A stretch of 64,000 bases of DNA from Flaccisagitta enflata (GCA_965153355.1 OZ231126.1:13578001-13642000), one strand, 5' to 3'; counted from the stretch's first letter, positions 12,597 to 26,494 are shown. Notes: a model not told the origin generated them from the letters alone. Translations and numbers: made by a program.

Positions 12597-12935
12597 TTTT
12601 TTCTGGTTCTTCTTCGTCGAGTTTCAAATGAGAGTTTGGTCAGGAGAATTGAGAAGGAATTTAAGTAGTTTGAAGCAAAGGTTGATGCACACGTTGGAAG
12701 AAGCGTGCAATTGCAACAGTTTCCACGGACTGAATATCTCCGTTCCTCCGAAATATCGCGAGAGCGAGTGTGAATGTCCTCTCCATCGATCTCCGTCTAT
12801 TTTATACTCTCGTCGCGAGGAGCTAATGAAGGCGGGACATCCCCCGACGATAAATCGGAGACATCCGAGAGACATCCTACCAGACCGGACCTCCGCCAAA
12901 GTCGAAACAGGTTTTCATTGGAAATTCTTCCTTCT

Positions 12936-13300
12936 TTTCAGTTGCGGACACGCAACTCTAAAAGAGGCTTTGTCCGTCCGTCCGTCCGTCCGTCCGTTGG
13001 TCTGTAACCATCGAGTCGAAAAGTGTGAAAATGCGCATTTCCGCCCCTGCCCACCCGTCCGCAACTGGTGGCCGTGTATCCGGCCTTGTTTTCAGTCACG
13101 TGCACGCGACTCTATGACCCGCTATGTCGGTTGGTCAGTCGGTCCGTCAGTCGATCAGTCCGTCTTTAACGCTTAGCGATTTCGGCGTTTACGGGCGGTT
13201 TTTGGATCACTGCTCCTGTCGTAAAAGTTCTATTAGCCTTTTTTATCACTGTTCCTGCCCACCCGTAAGCGACTTGGGTAGCCGTGTACCCAGCGTTGTT
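12936..13300 (+). mobile_element. Two adjacent HINE-like family A elements
   Basis: AGTTGCGGACACGCAACT..GGCCGTGTATCCGGCCTTGTT followed directly by AGTCACGTGCACGCGACT..GCCGTGTACCCAGCGTTGTT. Confidence 0.75.
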
Positions 13301-13307
13301 TGCTCAT

Positions 13308-13462
13308 TAGAGATATTTGTTTTTATGGTTCTTCTTTTTAGAGACATTTGTTTTTATGGTTCTTGTTTTTAGAGACATTTGTTTTTATGGTTCTTGTTTT
13401 CAGAGACATTTGTTTATATGATACTTGTTTTTAGAGACATTTGCTTTTATGGTTCTTGTTTT
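13308..13462. repeat. About 30-bp minisatellite (AGAGACATTTGTTTTTATGGTTCTTGTTTTT), 5 units
   Basis: Direct tandem repeats. Confidence 0.85.
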
Positions 13463-13628
13463 TTGGGGCGCTTGATTTTTTCGGGGTTCCTTCGCTTGCG
13501 AGTTTTTCTGCTTCTTAGTTGAATAAGGTAAGGATAACAATATTCTTTTTAGTCGCGTGCTACGCGACTCGACACCCTGCTTTGTCGGCCTGTTAGTTTG
13601 TTGGTTGGTTGGTCGGTTGGTTGGTCAG

Positions 13629-13966
13629 TAGAGGTGGGGGAAATGCACCTTAGTTAACAGATCAAGTTGCACGTGAAGGAAATGTCATAATATGATAAGA
13701 ATAGATAGTATGCCAAGTTTCAGGACCTTTGGAACAGTTTCAGCCTAGCCCTCCACTCCCCTGATTTCCTATAGAAAATGTATAGGAATGATTTTGGCCT
13801 CAAAAGTTTCCTATCTTTTATAATGGGGCAGGAGGGGGGTGGAGGGCTAGGCTAAAACTGTTCCAAAGGCCCTGAAACTTGGCATACTATTTATTCTTAT
13901 CATATTACGACATTTCCTTCATGTGCAACTTGATCTGTTGACTAAAGTGCATTTCCCCCACCTCTA
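13629..13966. mobile_element. Palindromic hAT-type MITE inserted inside a family A element
   Basis: TAGAGGTGGGGGAAATGCAC ... GTGCATTTCCCCCACCTCTA with about 130-bp inverted arms. 8-bp TSD TTGGTCAG at 13621-13628 and 13967-13974. Confidence 0.9.
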
Positions 13967-14115
13967 TTGGTCAGTCCCCTTTTTACTTTTTCGGCGTTTT
14001 TAAGCTTTTTGGGCTCTCAGCTTCTTCCTAAATGCCATCATAAGTCATTATAAGACATTTTAAGTCATTGTAAGTCATTTTAAGTCATATTAAGTTATAT
14101 TAAGTCACGAAAGTC

Positions 14116-14149
<34 letters not shown>

Positions 14150-14152
14150 TGC

Positions 14153-14240
<88 letters not shown>

Positions 14241-14417
14241 TACTGTCTTACATATTTAACTTTTTTTCACTAAACACGATATGTATTGTAAAAAAAGTAA
14301 TTTACACAATTACAGATCTGGTAGAATAGAAATACTAACATGAACGAGCCCATCGCTCTTCAGGATTCACTTCACGGCTGTAAACACTCGAGGTTGGAGA
14401 CCATAGACCTGGTATGT

Positions 14418-14615
14418 AACAAGGCCGGATACACGGCCACCAGTTGCGGACGGGTGGGCAGGGGCGGAAATGCGAGTTTTCCCACTTTTCGACTCGATCA
14501 CCTCTACGGACCAACCGACCAACCAACCAACCAACCAACCAACCGACCAACCGACCGACCGACCAACCGACGGACGGACAAAGCCTCTTATAGAGTTGCG
14601 TGTCCGCAACTAAAA
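14418..14615 (-). mobile_element. HINE-like family A element
   Basis: AACAAGGCCGGATACACGGCC ... (ACCR)n ... AGTTGCGTGTCCGCAACTAAAAA. Confidence 0.8.
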
Positions 14616-15168
14616 ACATCCGTCGTCAAAGCGCACAAACTAGTCACAACTCTTCTGGCTGTGTCAATCTTTTACAAGGGTTACGGTCAACCGTGACACG
14701 ACCGCAGTCCGCGTCACAACTGTGACACGACCGCGTCACAACCGTGTCTTGAGAGTGTCTACTCTCTGTCGTTAAGGGTTTCTGTCTCGCAGCCCCTCGT
14801 AGCGCAGTGACACTGCCGGTATTGTCTGTAGGCGTATTTTTGTTTTTCTGTCTGTCTGTGTATCTGACCTACACCTCAAATAGCTTTGTTTATATCCACC
14901 TGTTTCTATTCGCTGGCTCAGAGGGTGTGTTTGGGGTTGCAGGAAGGTAGGAAGTTCCGTCTCTCCGTCTGTCTGTGTGTACTTCAACGCTTGTATGGGA
15001 GATTTTCGAGCGGTGCTTGGATTACTGCCCCGGCCCACGTGACCCACGTTACTCGTATTTGCCAGGTATTCGGCCATTTCTAGCTTTATTTTTCTAGTTT
15101 TGTTTGTTCGTCTGTTTGTCCGTCTGTGTATCTGTCATCAGTTCTAAGTCTATCTGTTAATCTCGCTC

Positions 15169-15290
<122 letters not shown>

Positions 15291-15655
15291 TCTCTCTCTC
15301 TCTCATCAGGTGTATTAATTACCGTATCGTTACTTTACCGACTGTGTTGGCGCTGTGCGCTGGGTAGTGCATGAATTTCTCATCGTTTTTATGTCATCTC
15401 GTCGTCTCCTTTTTTAATGTTTTTAGCAGTAAGATCACAGATAAGCGAGTCCGCGAGGGCGGCAGTTTCTGTGGTGGCGACATGAAGCGAGATAAATCTG
15501 AAGGTGTGTATCGATGGTATGTCGTCTCCTTCATTGGAGGACCGAGGCACTGACCAACGCAAGACTGGGACTTGACTCTTCTCCCGTGAACCGGTTTTGG
15601 GGAGAGAGAGAGAGAGAGAGAGAGAGAGCCCACAATTGTGCACAACAACAACACC

Positions 15656-15707
<52 letters not shown>

Positions 15708-15713
15708 CCCCAC

Positions 15714-15773
<60 letters not shown>

Positions 15774-15780
15774 ACACACA

Positions 15781-15837
<57 letters not shown>

Positions 15838-17484
15838 CTGTATGTATACAATTAAAATCGATATTACTGCAGTTGTATTGCTTTACTTTACAATCAAAGC
15901 TGCGGAATGGGTTCGTCAATGACAATGAATAAACGATTGTCAATCTCGATTCTGAGACTGTTTGATAGAAACATTGCCCTGTGCTTGATTTGCTGGAAGA
16001 GCGTTTTCCTCGACGCCGTCATTCATGGTAGGCATCCAATATGGCGAGAATCCCAGGATTCAGGGCACCTCAGGGGGCCAAAAGCTGTCTTAACTTTCGG
16101 TTTAAATGCCAATTTCACCTTGTTATATCGAAAATCATAAAGCGCCTGTACCTGTGTCATCATCTACAAAGAAATCACTAGCAAAAATTTTTTTTTCTTT
16201 TTTTTTTCCCCTTTTTTTTCTGCAAAGAGAGGAAGAAAAACAACAAATATAAAATATAAAACAGCGATGATAGCAAAAATTGTTCTTCTGCGATGGTAGC
16301 AAAAATTGTTCTTCTGCCTTCCTCTTACTCTCTGTTTTAGCGGCCCTCTAGGGACACGAGGCAGAAAACGCAAAAAACATATGAACAATGGCAGCGGCAG
16401 CGTCAGGAGCAGCGGCAGAAGATTTAAAACAAGCTGCGGTCTCTTGATCGTTGAGGAATTTATGATAATAGTGCACATTTAAAACTCAAAAGCGCAGTAT
16501 GTTTTACTTTGAACCAAGCAACTTTGAACCAACCAACACACAGGCTGTTTCTATAATCTCCTTTTTGAGAGATGGCCAAAAAGGTCAATTTCAAAATTGA
16601 GAAAATTTGTCAAAAACATTCATAATCAGATAGTTTATGTCAATATGAACTTGGTTCAAAAACTGAATTTTGTTACTGATCCTTGATTTTCATGTAAATT
16701 AGGCTGAAATGCAACAAATAATGATCGAAAATAAGCAAAAGTTGAGTTGTCAAAGTCAGCAAAACCAAAAAAATGGGAATATTTTACTAAATCACAGTTC
16801 AAGAATTCAATCAGACCCGATTCTGCTGAAAAAAATTGAGATTTGAATTTTTTTTTTGAAAATTCTCTATAAGCAGCTTTTCTGGCTGGTTCGGCCAGTT
16901 GGCAAAAATTTACTGAATCTTTCGGCAACAATTATTTTAAGTAGGCATTCTCTGAAAGAACCACTGTGCAAAATTTCAGCCAAATCGGACAAATATTTAA
17001 GAAGTTATGCCGTTTTTTTTAATTTTTGGGTGGTAGGCTGGTTGGGCTGGTTGGGTTGGTTAGATGTGTTCCAGATGCACCAAATGCTCTGTTCGTAATA
17101 GTTTAAGTACAGTATTGATCCATGCAAAAAATCTTTTGACTCTCTCAAAGGGTTTCCAAGATATGGGCATTTCCTGATTTTTTTGGTTTACCATATTGCT
17201 GTAAGTGCATACATGCGCCGATAACAAAGAATGAACCACGAAGATTCATCTTGAAGCGTGATTATTCTGCCACAATTTACTGACCAATCACATTGAAAAT
17301 TTTATTATGGCTGAATGCCAGGGAGTTAAGACCTGAAATTTTCAGTGTATATGCAAAATTTCATGCTCTTTCCCATTGTGTTAGCCAAATTTCCATCATC
17401 AGTTTCACAATGGCATGACAGTGACAAACTTAAAGCGTGACATGAGCGTGACAGAAGAGCTGGGGGGGTGTGCAGAATAATCAC

Positions 17485-18129
17485 TAGCCTGTACTGAAAT
17501 GACAAAAAACAAAAAAATCGAAATTCTCCGAGCAACTCATGTTGTGGAGCTGTCTTGGGCTTCTATTGTTATCATTTTCAGCTTTTTAAGTTTAGATCTT
17601 GGTGGCCGCGCCTTACCTTGAACTTCCCATATGTCAATAGAAAAACAAAAATTTCAAATTGGTCAAATCATAATTTTGACTGCAGATTTGAAATCTTCAT
17701 GAAAAACTGTCTATTGAAAGTGCTTTTCTTTTTTCAAAATTCCTTCGGGATCACTATCAAAATCCATGCTAAATATTTATAAAAAAGGTAAGTTTAATGA
17801 TTTTACAAAGAAATTAAAAGGAAAGGTATAATTCGCGATATTTGACATCACTTTTGACCACCTTCTAATTGGAATATCAAAAAAAGGAAAACACTTTTAA
17901 TTGTCAGTTTTTCCTGCAGATTTCAAATCTGCAGTCAAAATTGGAATTTAAATACTTTGAAATTTTGGATTTCCTATTGGGGTAGGGTTAATAGAAGGTA
18001 AGGTGCGGCCACCTTAAAGTAGAATTTCAAAGTCAATATTGAATTCAATAGAAGCCTCAGACAGTCCCACAACATGATCTGCTCGGAGAATGTTGATTTT
18101 ATTCTTTTTTGTCATTTAGGTACAGGCTA
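17485..18129. mobile_element. hAT-type MITE, copy 1
   Basis: TAGCCTGTAC..GTACAGGCTA termini and 8-bp TSD ATAATCAC. Homologous to 23009-23632. Confidence 0.9.
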
Positions 18130-18897
18130 ATAATCACGCTTGGAGAAAAGTGTCATTACGCGGGATTGGGGTGTCACAGTGGCATGAAATTTGGAGCGTA
18201 TGTCCTTCTAGTAGTCCTCTATTAGATAGAAACTTGAAAAGTGATTAACTTTGAGAATTTATAGTGTTTTAAAAAAAGATAATTGGCATACTCAGATTTT
18301 ACCGTGAAATAGCAAAAAAATTAGAAGGATCAAAATTTGATGATAATACAATATTTGAACAACTTAGCATTTGCGCAGTAGGATGAAATTTTTTGTACAT
18401 CACATCGGAATGATGATAACTGATTAAAAGCTGAGAAATGATCAGATAATCTTTTTTTGATAAGTTTTGCTTGTTATTTGCTTGTCCGGACAAAATCCAG
18501 ACATGCCAATGTGGCCAATTTGACCTGATTTTTACTTCCCCTAGGGGTGGGGGTAGTCACAAAAAATGGTTTGGCAAGGTAATCCAGGTAGTTAGGAAAG
18601 TCATCCAACTATAAAAACTTGTCACAATGCAATAGACATTGCAGTAACACTGTTAACGTGGTGGTGAGTCGGGTTCTCTCGTCGAAAAGAGATTGTGACA
18701 TTTGCCCACAGCAAGTTAAGACAGCCCCTCATTCACTTATCCAAATCTTTCACTGCTGCTACGCGTTTTTTGCTTAAACTTTCATGCCTATTCATGGCAG
18801 CGTGGATGAAGTCGTCGACCTTCATTGTGTTCCACGATAGTGGAACACTAGATATTCAGAGTTTCTCCGTCCGTGCGTCCGTTCGTTCGTCCGTCCG

Positions 18898-21180
18898 TGT
18901 GTCACACAACCCAGTTTTCTCCAAATGTGTGTCACACAGCCTAGTTTTCTCCAAAGTGTGTCACAAAGCCTAGTTTTCTCCGTATGTGTGTCACACAGCC
19001 TAGTTTTCTCCAGTTTTCTCCAGTTTTCTCCGAATGTGTGTCACGCTATCCAGTTTTCTCCATATGTGTGTCACACAACCCAGTTTTCTCCGAATGTGTG
19101 TCACACAGCCTAGTTTTCTCCATAGTGTGTCACAAAGCCTAGATTTCTCCGTATGTGTGTGACACAGCCTAGTTTTCTCCAGTTTTCTCCAGTTTTCTCC
19201 GAATGTGTGTCACGCTATCCAGTTTTCTCCATATGTGTGTCACGCAGCCCAATTTTCTCCATTGTGTGTCACACAACTCAGTTTTCTCCGAATGTGTGTC
19301 ACATAACCCAGTTTTCTCCGAATGTGTGTTACACGGCCTAGCTTTCTCCGAATGTGTGTCACACAGCCCAGTTTTCTCCGAATGTGTGTCACACAGCCTA
19401 GTTTTCTCCGATGTGTGTCACAGAACCCAGTTTTCTCCATTGTGTGTCACATAACCCAGTTTTCTCCGAATGTGTGTCACACAACTCAGTTTTCTCCAAT
19501 GTGTGTCACACAACCCAGTTTTCTCTGAATGTGTGTCACACAGCCTAGCTTTCTCCAAATGTGTGTCACACAATCCAGTTTTTTCGGAATGTGTGTCACA
19601 CAGCCCAAGTTTCTCCATTGTGTTTCACACAACCCAGTTTTCTCCCAATGTGTGTCACACAGTCCAGTTTTCTCCGAATGTGTGTCACATTGCCCAGATT
19701 ACTCCGAATGTGTGTCACACAGCCCAGTTTTCTCCATTGTGTGTCACATAACTCAGTTTTCTCCGAATGTGTGTCACACGGCCCAGATTTCTCCAATGTG
19801 TGTCACACAAGCCAGTTTTCTCCAAATGTGTGTCACACAGCCCAGATTCCTCGAATGTGTCTCACACAACCCAGTTTTCTCCGAATGTGTGTCACACACC
19901 CCAGTTTTCTCCGATGTGTGTCACACAACCCAGATTTCTCCGAATGTGTGTCACACAACCCAGTTTTCTCGGAATGTGTGTCACACAACCCAGTTTTCTC
20001 CGAATGTGTGTCACACAACCCAGTTTTCTCCAATGTGTGTCACACAACCCAGATTTCTCCGAATGTGTGTCACACAACCCAGTTTTCTCCGAATGTGTGT
20101 CACACAACCCAGATTTCTCCGAATGTGTGTCACATAACCCAGTTTTCTCCGAATGTGTGTCACACAACCCAGTTTTCTCCGATGTGTGTCACACAACCCT
20201 GTTTTCTCCAAATGTGTGTCACACAACCCAGTTTTCTCCGATGTGTGTCACACAGCCTAGCTTTCTCCAAATGTGTGTCACACAGCCCAGTTTTCTCCAT
20301 TGTGTGTCTCATAACTCAGTTTTCTCCGAATGTGTGTCACACACCCCAGTTTTCTCCGAATGTGTGTCACACAGCCTAGCTTTCTCCGAATGTGTGTCAC
20401 ACAATCCAGTTTTTTCCGAATGTGTGTCACACAGCCCAGATTTCTCCATTGTGTGTCACACAACCCAGTTTTCTCCGAATGTGTGTCACACAGTCCAGTT
20501 TTCTCCGAATGTGTGTCACATTGCCCAGATTCCTCCGAATATGTGTCACACAGCCCAGTTTTCTCCAAATGTGTGTCACACAGCCCAGATTCCTCGAATG
20601 TGTGTCACACAACCCAGTTTTCTCCGAATGTGTCCACACAACAGTTTTCTCCGAATGTGTGTCACACAACCGATTTCTAAATGTGTGTCACACAACCCAG
20701 TTTTCTAATGTGTGTCACACAACCAGTTTTCTCCGAATGTGTCACACAACCCAGTTTTCTCCAAATGTGTCACACAACAGTTTTCTCCGTGTGTGTCACA
20801 GCAGATTTCTCCAAATGTGTCACACAACCCAGTTTTCTCCGAATGTGTGTCACACAACCCAGATTTCTCCGAATGTGTGTCACACAACCCAGTTTTCTCC
20901 GAATGTGTGTCACACAACCCAGTTTTCTCTGAATGTGTGTCACACAACCCAGTTTTCTCCGATGTGTGTCACACAACCCAGTTTTCTCCAAATGTGTGTC
21001 ACACAACCCAGTTTTCTCCGATGTGTGTCACACAGCCTAGCTTTCTCCAAATGTGTGTCACACAGCCCAGTTTCTCCATTGTGTGTCTCATAACTCAGTT
21101 TTCTCCGAATGTGTGTCACACAACCCAGTTTTCTTCAATGTATGTCACACAGTTCAGATTTCTCACACCACCCAGTTTTT
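18898..21180. repeat. 29-30 bp satellite GTGTGTCACACAACCCAGTTTTCTCCGAAT, about 75 units
   Basis: Continuous tandem array. The ORFs it generates in all frames are artefactual. Confidence 0.97.
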
Positions 21181-21228
21181 TTTCCACACACACACACACA
21201 CATACACACATACACACACACACACACA

Positions 21229-21460
21229 CACAGGCGGTAGTGGGACCACCCACAGGTGGCAGTGGGACCACCCTTAGGTGGCAGTGGGACCACCCTTAGG
21301 TGGCTGTGGGACCGCCCACAGGCAGCAGTGGGACCGCCCACAGGCGGCAGTGGGACCGCCCACAGGCGGCAGTGGGACCGCCCACAGGCGGCAGTGAGGC
21401 CGCCCATAGGCGGCAGTGAAATCGCCCATGGATGGTAGTTAGGCCGCCCACAGGCGGCCA
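21229..21460. repeat. GC-rich 21-22 bp minisatellite (CACAGGCGGCAGTGGGACCGCC)
   Basis: About 10 tandem units. Confidence 0.9.
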
Positions 21461-21641
21461 TTATCTACAACACAGATTTGTCTGGTTATCATTATTAGAT
21501 TTTTTCTATGAATTTTTGCCTTTCTTTTTCACGCCAAATCAAGTTTTCGTGGAACACAATATGGCGAACGCCACTAGTTTTAAATACAATCACATATCTG
21601 GTTCAAGGGTCCAATTTGGATTTAATGCGTGGCCGAAGGTA

Positions 21642-22326
21642 CTACACTTTTTTGTCACGTGCTACGCGACTCTACACCCCGCTTTGTCGGTCCATCGATC
21701 CGTTGGTCTGTCAGTCCGTCCGTCCGTCCGTCCGTCCGTCTGTCCATCACACTTTTCTTTTCTTTTTTTTTTGCGGTCATGGGCCTCACTGCTCCTTCCC
21801 AAGTGATCAAGGGACCTCAAATACGGCCCCTGCCAACCCGCAAGCGACTGGGGCAGCCGTGTATCCGGCCTTGTTTTTATAAGAACGTTAGGCTTGATAT
21901 CCTTGAAAATCTAAGAACATGCTAAGAATATTGGAAGGCTTCATTCTTTTAAAAATTGAAGAACTTTGGGCTTGAAATTGCAAAAATTTGAGAACCTTCT
22001 TAGAATATTGGAAAGCTTCATTTTTTCATTCAAAATGATTTACCTGGATTTTATTACGTAAATTTTTCTGTTTTTAAAGCTCTTATTGAATTTTCATGGT
22101 TCTTAACATTTACTTTATAAATTGAAACCGGACGCTTTGTTGGGTCATTAACATTTTCCTTCATAGTCTGCTTGAAGACAAACAAACCAATGAAGAACGT
22201 TTTTTATTAAACTGCATTTGAATTAAAAATGATTTAAGAATGTTCTTGAGCCTTGACACTATCCAAAATTTAAGAACATTGAAGGCTTGCCTAAAAATTG
22301 ACGTTCTTATACAAGAAAAAAGTGTA
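21642..22326. mobile_element. MITE (TACACTTTTT..TATAAGAACGT termini) whose left TIR is interrupted by a family A element (about 21648-21876)
   Basis: Left TACACTTTTT[insertion]TTTATAAGAACGT versus right ACGTTCTTATACAAGAAAAAAGTGTA. Confidence 0.6.
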
Positions 22327-23008
22327 TCGTCGTAGTCCTAAAGTATATCTTTATCTGCAAAAACATAGAAAGAATACTCCTTGACCTTGTTGACATAGTA
22401 CTAAAATGGAAATTGACTTAACTCTTCAATTAAGATTTTATTTCACCGGACAGATGAGGTGTTTTTTAAATGCTTTTGAAGTATCCATTAATCTGCATTT
22501 TTCCAGATTTACTTATGATCTCAGTAGAAGACACTTTTAATCACCTTGATAGCGGGCAATTCCTTCCCACGTTGGGTTATAAGGGATGGTATGGAACGGC
22601 TATGCTTGATGAGTGATTTCCTATGTTTTCCCTTCTTAGGTTGTTTGACCCTGAATTGTTGCGTCAAACTACCACATGAGAAGACTGATTTGTGACTTTG
22701 ATGTCACACAGCAAAAGTACACTTTTTGACCTTTGTTAAATTTCTTGCCTTCTTGCCTTCTTGCCTTCTTGCCTTCTTGCCATGATACATCCAGCGACCG
22801 ATTGGGGAGCTACTTGGATTGCATGTGGCCATTGACAGGTAACGAAATAAGCAAGTAACAAATTGAGTGAAGAGATAGCACTGAAAGTAGTGTTTGCCAC
22901 TCAATGTGTAGTCATTGAAAGCTACCGTCAAATGACATTCAAAAAATGGCCTGAAACAATTATATGCCTGCAAAGAAATGAATTGTAAGTTCCTTCATTC
23001 ATGCAGAG

Positions 23009-23632
23009 TAGCCTGTACTGAAATGACTAAATCCAAAAAGATCAAATTTCTACGAGCAGTTCATGTTTTGGAGCTGTCATTTTAAGCTTTAAAAGTTTAC
23101 GTCTTGGTTGCCGCGCCTTACCTTGAATTGTGCTTAGGTCAATAGAAAACTAAAAATTTCAAATTGCTCAAATCAAATTTTTGACAGCAGATTTGAATTC
23201 TGCTTGAAAAACTGTCTGTTGAAAGTGCTTTACGGTTTCCAAAATTCCTTTGAGATCATTACCGAAATCCACACTAAAGATCCTTAAAAAAGGTAAGTTC
23301 AACAATTTACAAAGAAATTAAAAGGGGAGGTATGTTTCACGATGTTCGACAGCACTTTTGACAACCTTCTAATTGGAACAAAAAAAGAAAAACGCTTTCA
23401 ATTGACAGTTTTTTCTGCAGATTCCAAATCTGCAGACAGAATTGGAATTGGAGTATTTTGAAATTTTGGATTTTCTAATGGGGTAAGGATGATAGAAGGT
23501 AAGGCGCGGCCACCTAAAATTAGAATTTCAAAGCCAATATTGATTTCAATAGAATTATAGAAGCCAGTCCCACAACATGATCTGCTCATAGAATGTTAAT
23601 TTCATTGCTTTTTGTCATTTAGGTACAGGCTA
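23009..23632. mobile_element. hAT-type MITE, copy 2
   Basis: TAGCCTGTAC..GTACAGGCTA termini and 8-bp TSD ATGCAGAG. Confidence 0.9.
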
Positions 23633-23643
23633 ATGCAGAGTCG

Positions 23644-23915
23644 TTTTTAGTCGCATTCTACGCGGCACTACACCCCGCTTTGTCCGTCGGTCGGTCGGTC
23701 GGTCGGTCGGTTGGTCGGTCGGTCGGTCGGTCGGTCGGTCGGTTGGTTGGTTGGTCGGTCGGTCGATCGGTTGGTTGGTCGGTCGGTCCCCATTTTACTT
23801 TTTTTATGTTTTTGCGGTCTTTGGCCTCACTGCTCTTGCCCAAGTGCTTTAGTAACTCAAATACTGCCCCTGCCCACCCGCACGCGACTAAGGTAGCCGT
23901 GTATCCGGCCTTGTT
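23644..23915 (+). mobile_element. HINE-like family A element
   Basis: TTTTTAGTCGC..(GGTC)n..CACGCGACT..GCCGTGTATCCGGCCTTGTT. Confidence 0.8.
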
Positions 23916-24084
23916 TTGGAGCAACAAGTCTCAAGCGTCATGAACCTTGCAAACACAGACCTGAATCCAGATAATATGACAAAATTTTTTGTTCTTTAAA
24001 TTCATTGTTTACGGTAAAAGTTTTATTGCTGCGATTCTTCGTAAACACAAGTAAATAAAGTTGCTTTTCTACTGTCTCTTCATT

Positions 24085-24296
24085 TTCAGTCGCGTGCACG
24101 CGACGCTACAACCCGCTCTGTCCGTCGGTCCGTCGGTCCGTCAGTCGGTCCGTCAGTTAGTCCGTCACACTTAGCTTTTTCGGCGTTTACGGGCGGTTTT
24201 TGGCTTACTGCTCCTTCCCAACTACTTTTCTGGTCTATTTCATCACTGCCCCTGCCCACCCGCACGCGACTAGGATAGCCGTGTACCCGGCCTTGT
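24085..24296 (+). mobile_element. HINE-like family A element
   Basis: AGTCGCGTGCACGCGAC ... GCCGTGTACCCGGCCTTGTT. Confidence 0.8.
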
Positions 24297-25593
24297 TAAC
24301 CTTTTTTTACCTGTTCAGTGTACACGTGATGACTTGCTAGATCACTCAGTAATGAACCAGCTGTGATACGACAAAAGCCTTGACCGTTTTTTTAATGCCC
24401 CCCCCCCCTGTGACGTTCATTCCCCACTCATTTCTGTACTGGTCCACTCAAATCCTCACACTTCTACCGCGTCTCCTTCACACTTGAAGAGAGCTGAGAG
24501 AAAGAAAAGTCTTTTTTAAGGTGTTTTCTCTCCAAGTTTCGTTTTCACTGACCTCAGAACCATAAATTTTCATTCGGCCCGTGAAAAAAAAGGAGACAGA
24601 GAAGCAAGGCCAGGCACAGAGAGGAATAGCCACATAGATAGAAACGGGGAAGGAAGAGGTGGTGCGAGAGAAAGACCGTGATTTTAAGGACGAGGTTGCT
24701 TGTGAAAAAAATGTCGGGTAGTGTACAGGGTAGGATTAAGAAGTGATGATGTGGGAACAGTTTGGTGGGTGGAGTAGCTTTGTAGTCGTTTGCTAAGCGA
24801 TTCTATAAGAGGGTTTGTCCGTAGGAAAGTAGGTAGGTCCGTCCGTAACATGAACATTTGAAGGACGCGAAATCGGCAGGAATAGCGATTCCTAAGCATT
24901 ACTGCCCCTGCCCAGCCACATTAAAGCTCCGCCCACTCACATACTGCTCCTGTCCACTTGTATAACTGCACTTGCCCACCCGCAATTAACTACTTATTGA
25001 CCGTGTATCCGGCCTTGTTGTTAACCAGAACGGCGTTGTAAATAGATATCGGGTGATGCAAGAGTACCGGCTGTAATTTGTTAACTCTTCAGTCGTTAGG
25101 ACACTTGGCAAATGTTCAGAGAGTATCACATAATAAGATTTGAATCAATGTCTAATGAACGGTGAAACCAGCTGCAAGTTATAGACGGATTTCTGCATGT
25201 GCTCATCTTTTTCAACATCGAAGGGGCTTGAGGGGAATTTCAAAGCAAGAGGGGTTGCTTTTCTCAGACAGGGGGGGGGGGACAAACACATTTGGAATAT
25301 CTATCGTTTTAAGCGAAAAAAAAAGTCAAAGGCTCTCATACTTATGATAACATGTTGAGAGAGAGAAAGAGAGAAAAAGTCGTAAAAAATGTTGAGATAA
25401 AGCGCAAACAAAAGAAAATTCGTGGGACGATTAAAAGAAAAAGAAAGAAAGGTAAAAACGAGTAAACAGGGAAAAAGAAGTAAGGAGGAAAGGAAAATAG
25501 AAAGAAACTAAAAACAGAGAGAAAATTCGATGTGGAAAAGATGAGGACAGGGATTTCACTTTGGGGACGAGCAAATGGCCCGTGCTCGGGACA

Positions 25594-25636
<43 letters not shown>

Positions 25637-26283
25637 GGATACTCCGAGAAAATTACGAGCAAAAAAATGGGCAAGCAGACGTACAGACAAAATAGGCCTA
25701 GATGAATTCATTCATAATTGTACATGCACTCATACATGCAGATTGTAACAGAAAGCCAGTCAGTTGCTTAAAATAGAAATGGGGCAGGGGCAGAAAAACG
25801 CATTGCCAGACAATTCAGCTTGAGCGTGACGGACCCAGAGACAGAAAAACTGACGGGGGCGGACAAAGCCTCCGCAATTTAGAAACATCACAAGGTCATT
25901 AGACCTAAGTCCGGTGCGTCAGCATTTTCAAAAAAGTCAAGCAGACAGACGGACAAACAATTTTTTTTTCAAAAAGACATTCAAAATGGCCATTCATTCC
26001 ACAAAAATTCTTTTCTACCATTCAAAGACATTAAATAGCCTTTGAAACAGTTTTGAGACGGACCGATGGATCGACCGACCGACGGACCGACCGACGGACC
26101 GACCGAAAAGGGGCTTGTAGATTCGCGTAGCACGCGATTAAAAAGGCACACCTTAAAAGCGGATAGAGGAAAGGCGGACAGAGCAATCAAATCAGGAGTA
26201 ACTATTACTCTGACTCCGTCTCCAGACTTCCCTTACTTATCAATGGTCTCCTTGGACACTCACTATGTCTCTGACGATGATAG

Positions 26284-26335
<52 letters not shown>

Positions 26336-26458
26336 CCAATCAGACGTACAGAGAGAGAGAGAGAGAAGAGAGAGAGAAGAGAAGAAAGAGAAAGAAGAAG
26401 AAAAGAAAGAAAGAAGAAAGAAAGAAAGAAAGAAGAGAGAAGAAGAAGAAGAGAAGGA

Positions 26459-26494
<36 letters not shown>

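Larger units (their letters stand above)
18822..21580 (+). mobile_element. Helentron-like non-autonomous element carrying a satellite array
   Basis: 14-bp subterminal inverted repeats ATTGTGTTCCACGA (18824) / TCGTGGAACACAAT (21547), 5' hairpin, (GTCC)n tract, 3' stem-loop TGGCGAACGCCA followed by CTAGTTT. Confidence 0.75.

Noticed and set aside
14985-15085. tRNA or tRNA-derived SINE
   Set aside because: No cloverleaf; it resembles a degenerate 3' end of the family A element.
16071-18730. Large TIR element bounded by GCTGTCTTAACTT / AAGTTAAGACAGC
   Set aside because: Only a 13-bp inverted match and no clear TSD. Probably TE-derived, but the boundaries are unsupported.
18898-21180. CRISPR-like array or Cys/His-rich ORFs (CVSHNPVFSE)n
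   Set aside because: Units are contiguous with no unique spacers, frequent 1-bp indels shift the frames, and the context is eukaryotic.
22550-22680. Possible small plus-strand exons (GQFLPTLGYKGW/LFDPELLRQTTT*)
   Set aside because: Short, no recognisable homology and no upstream start could be linked.
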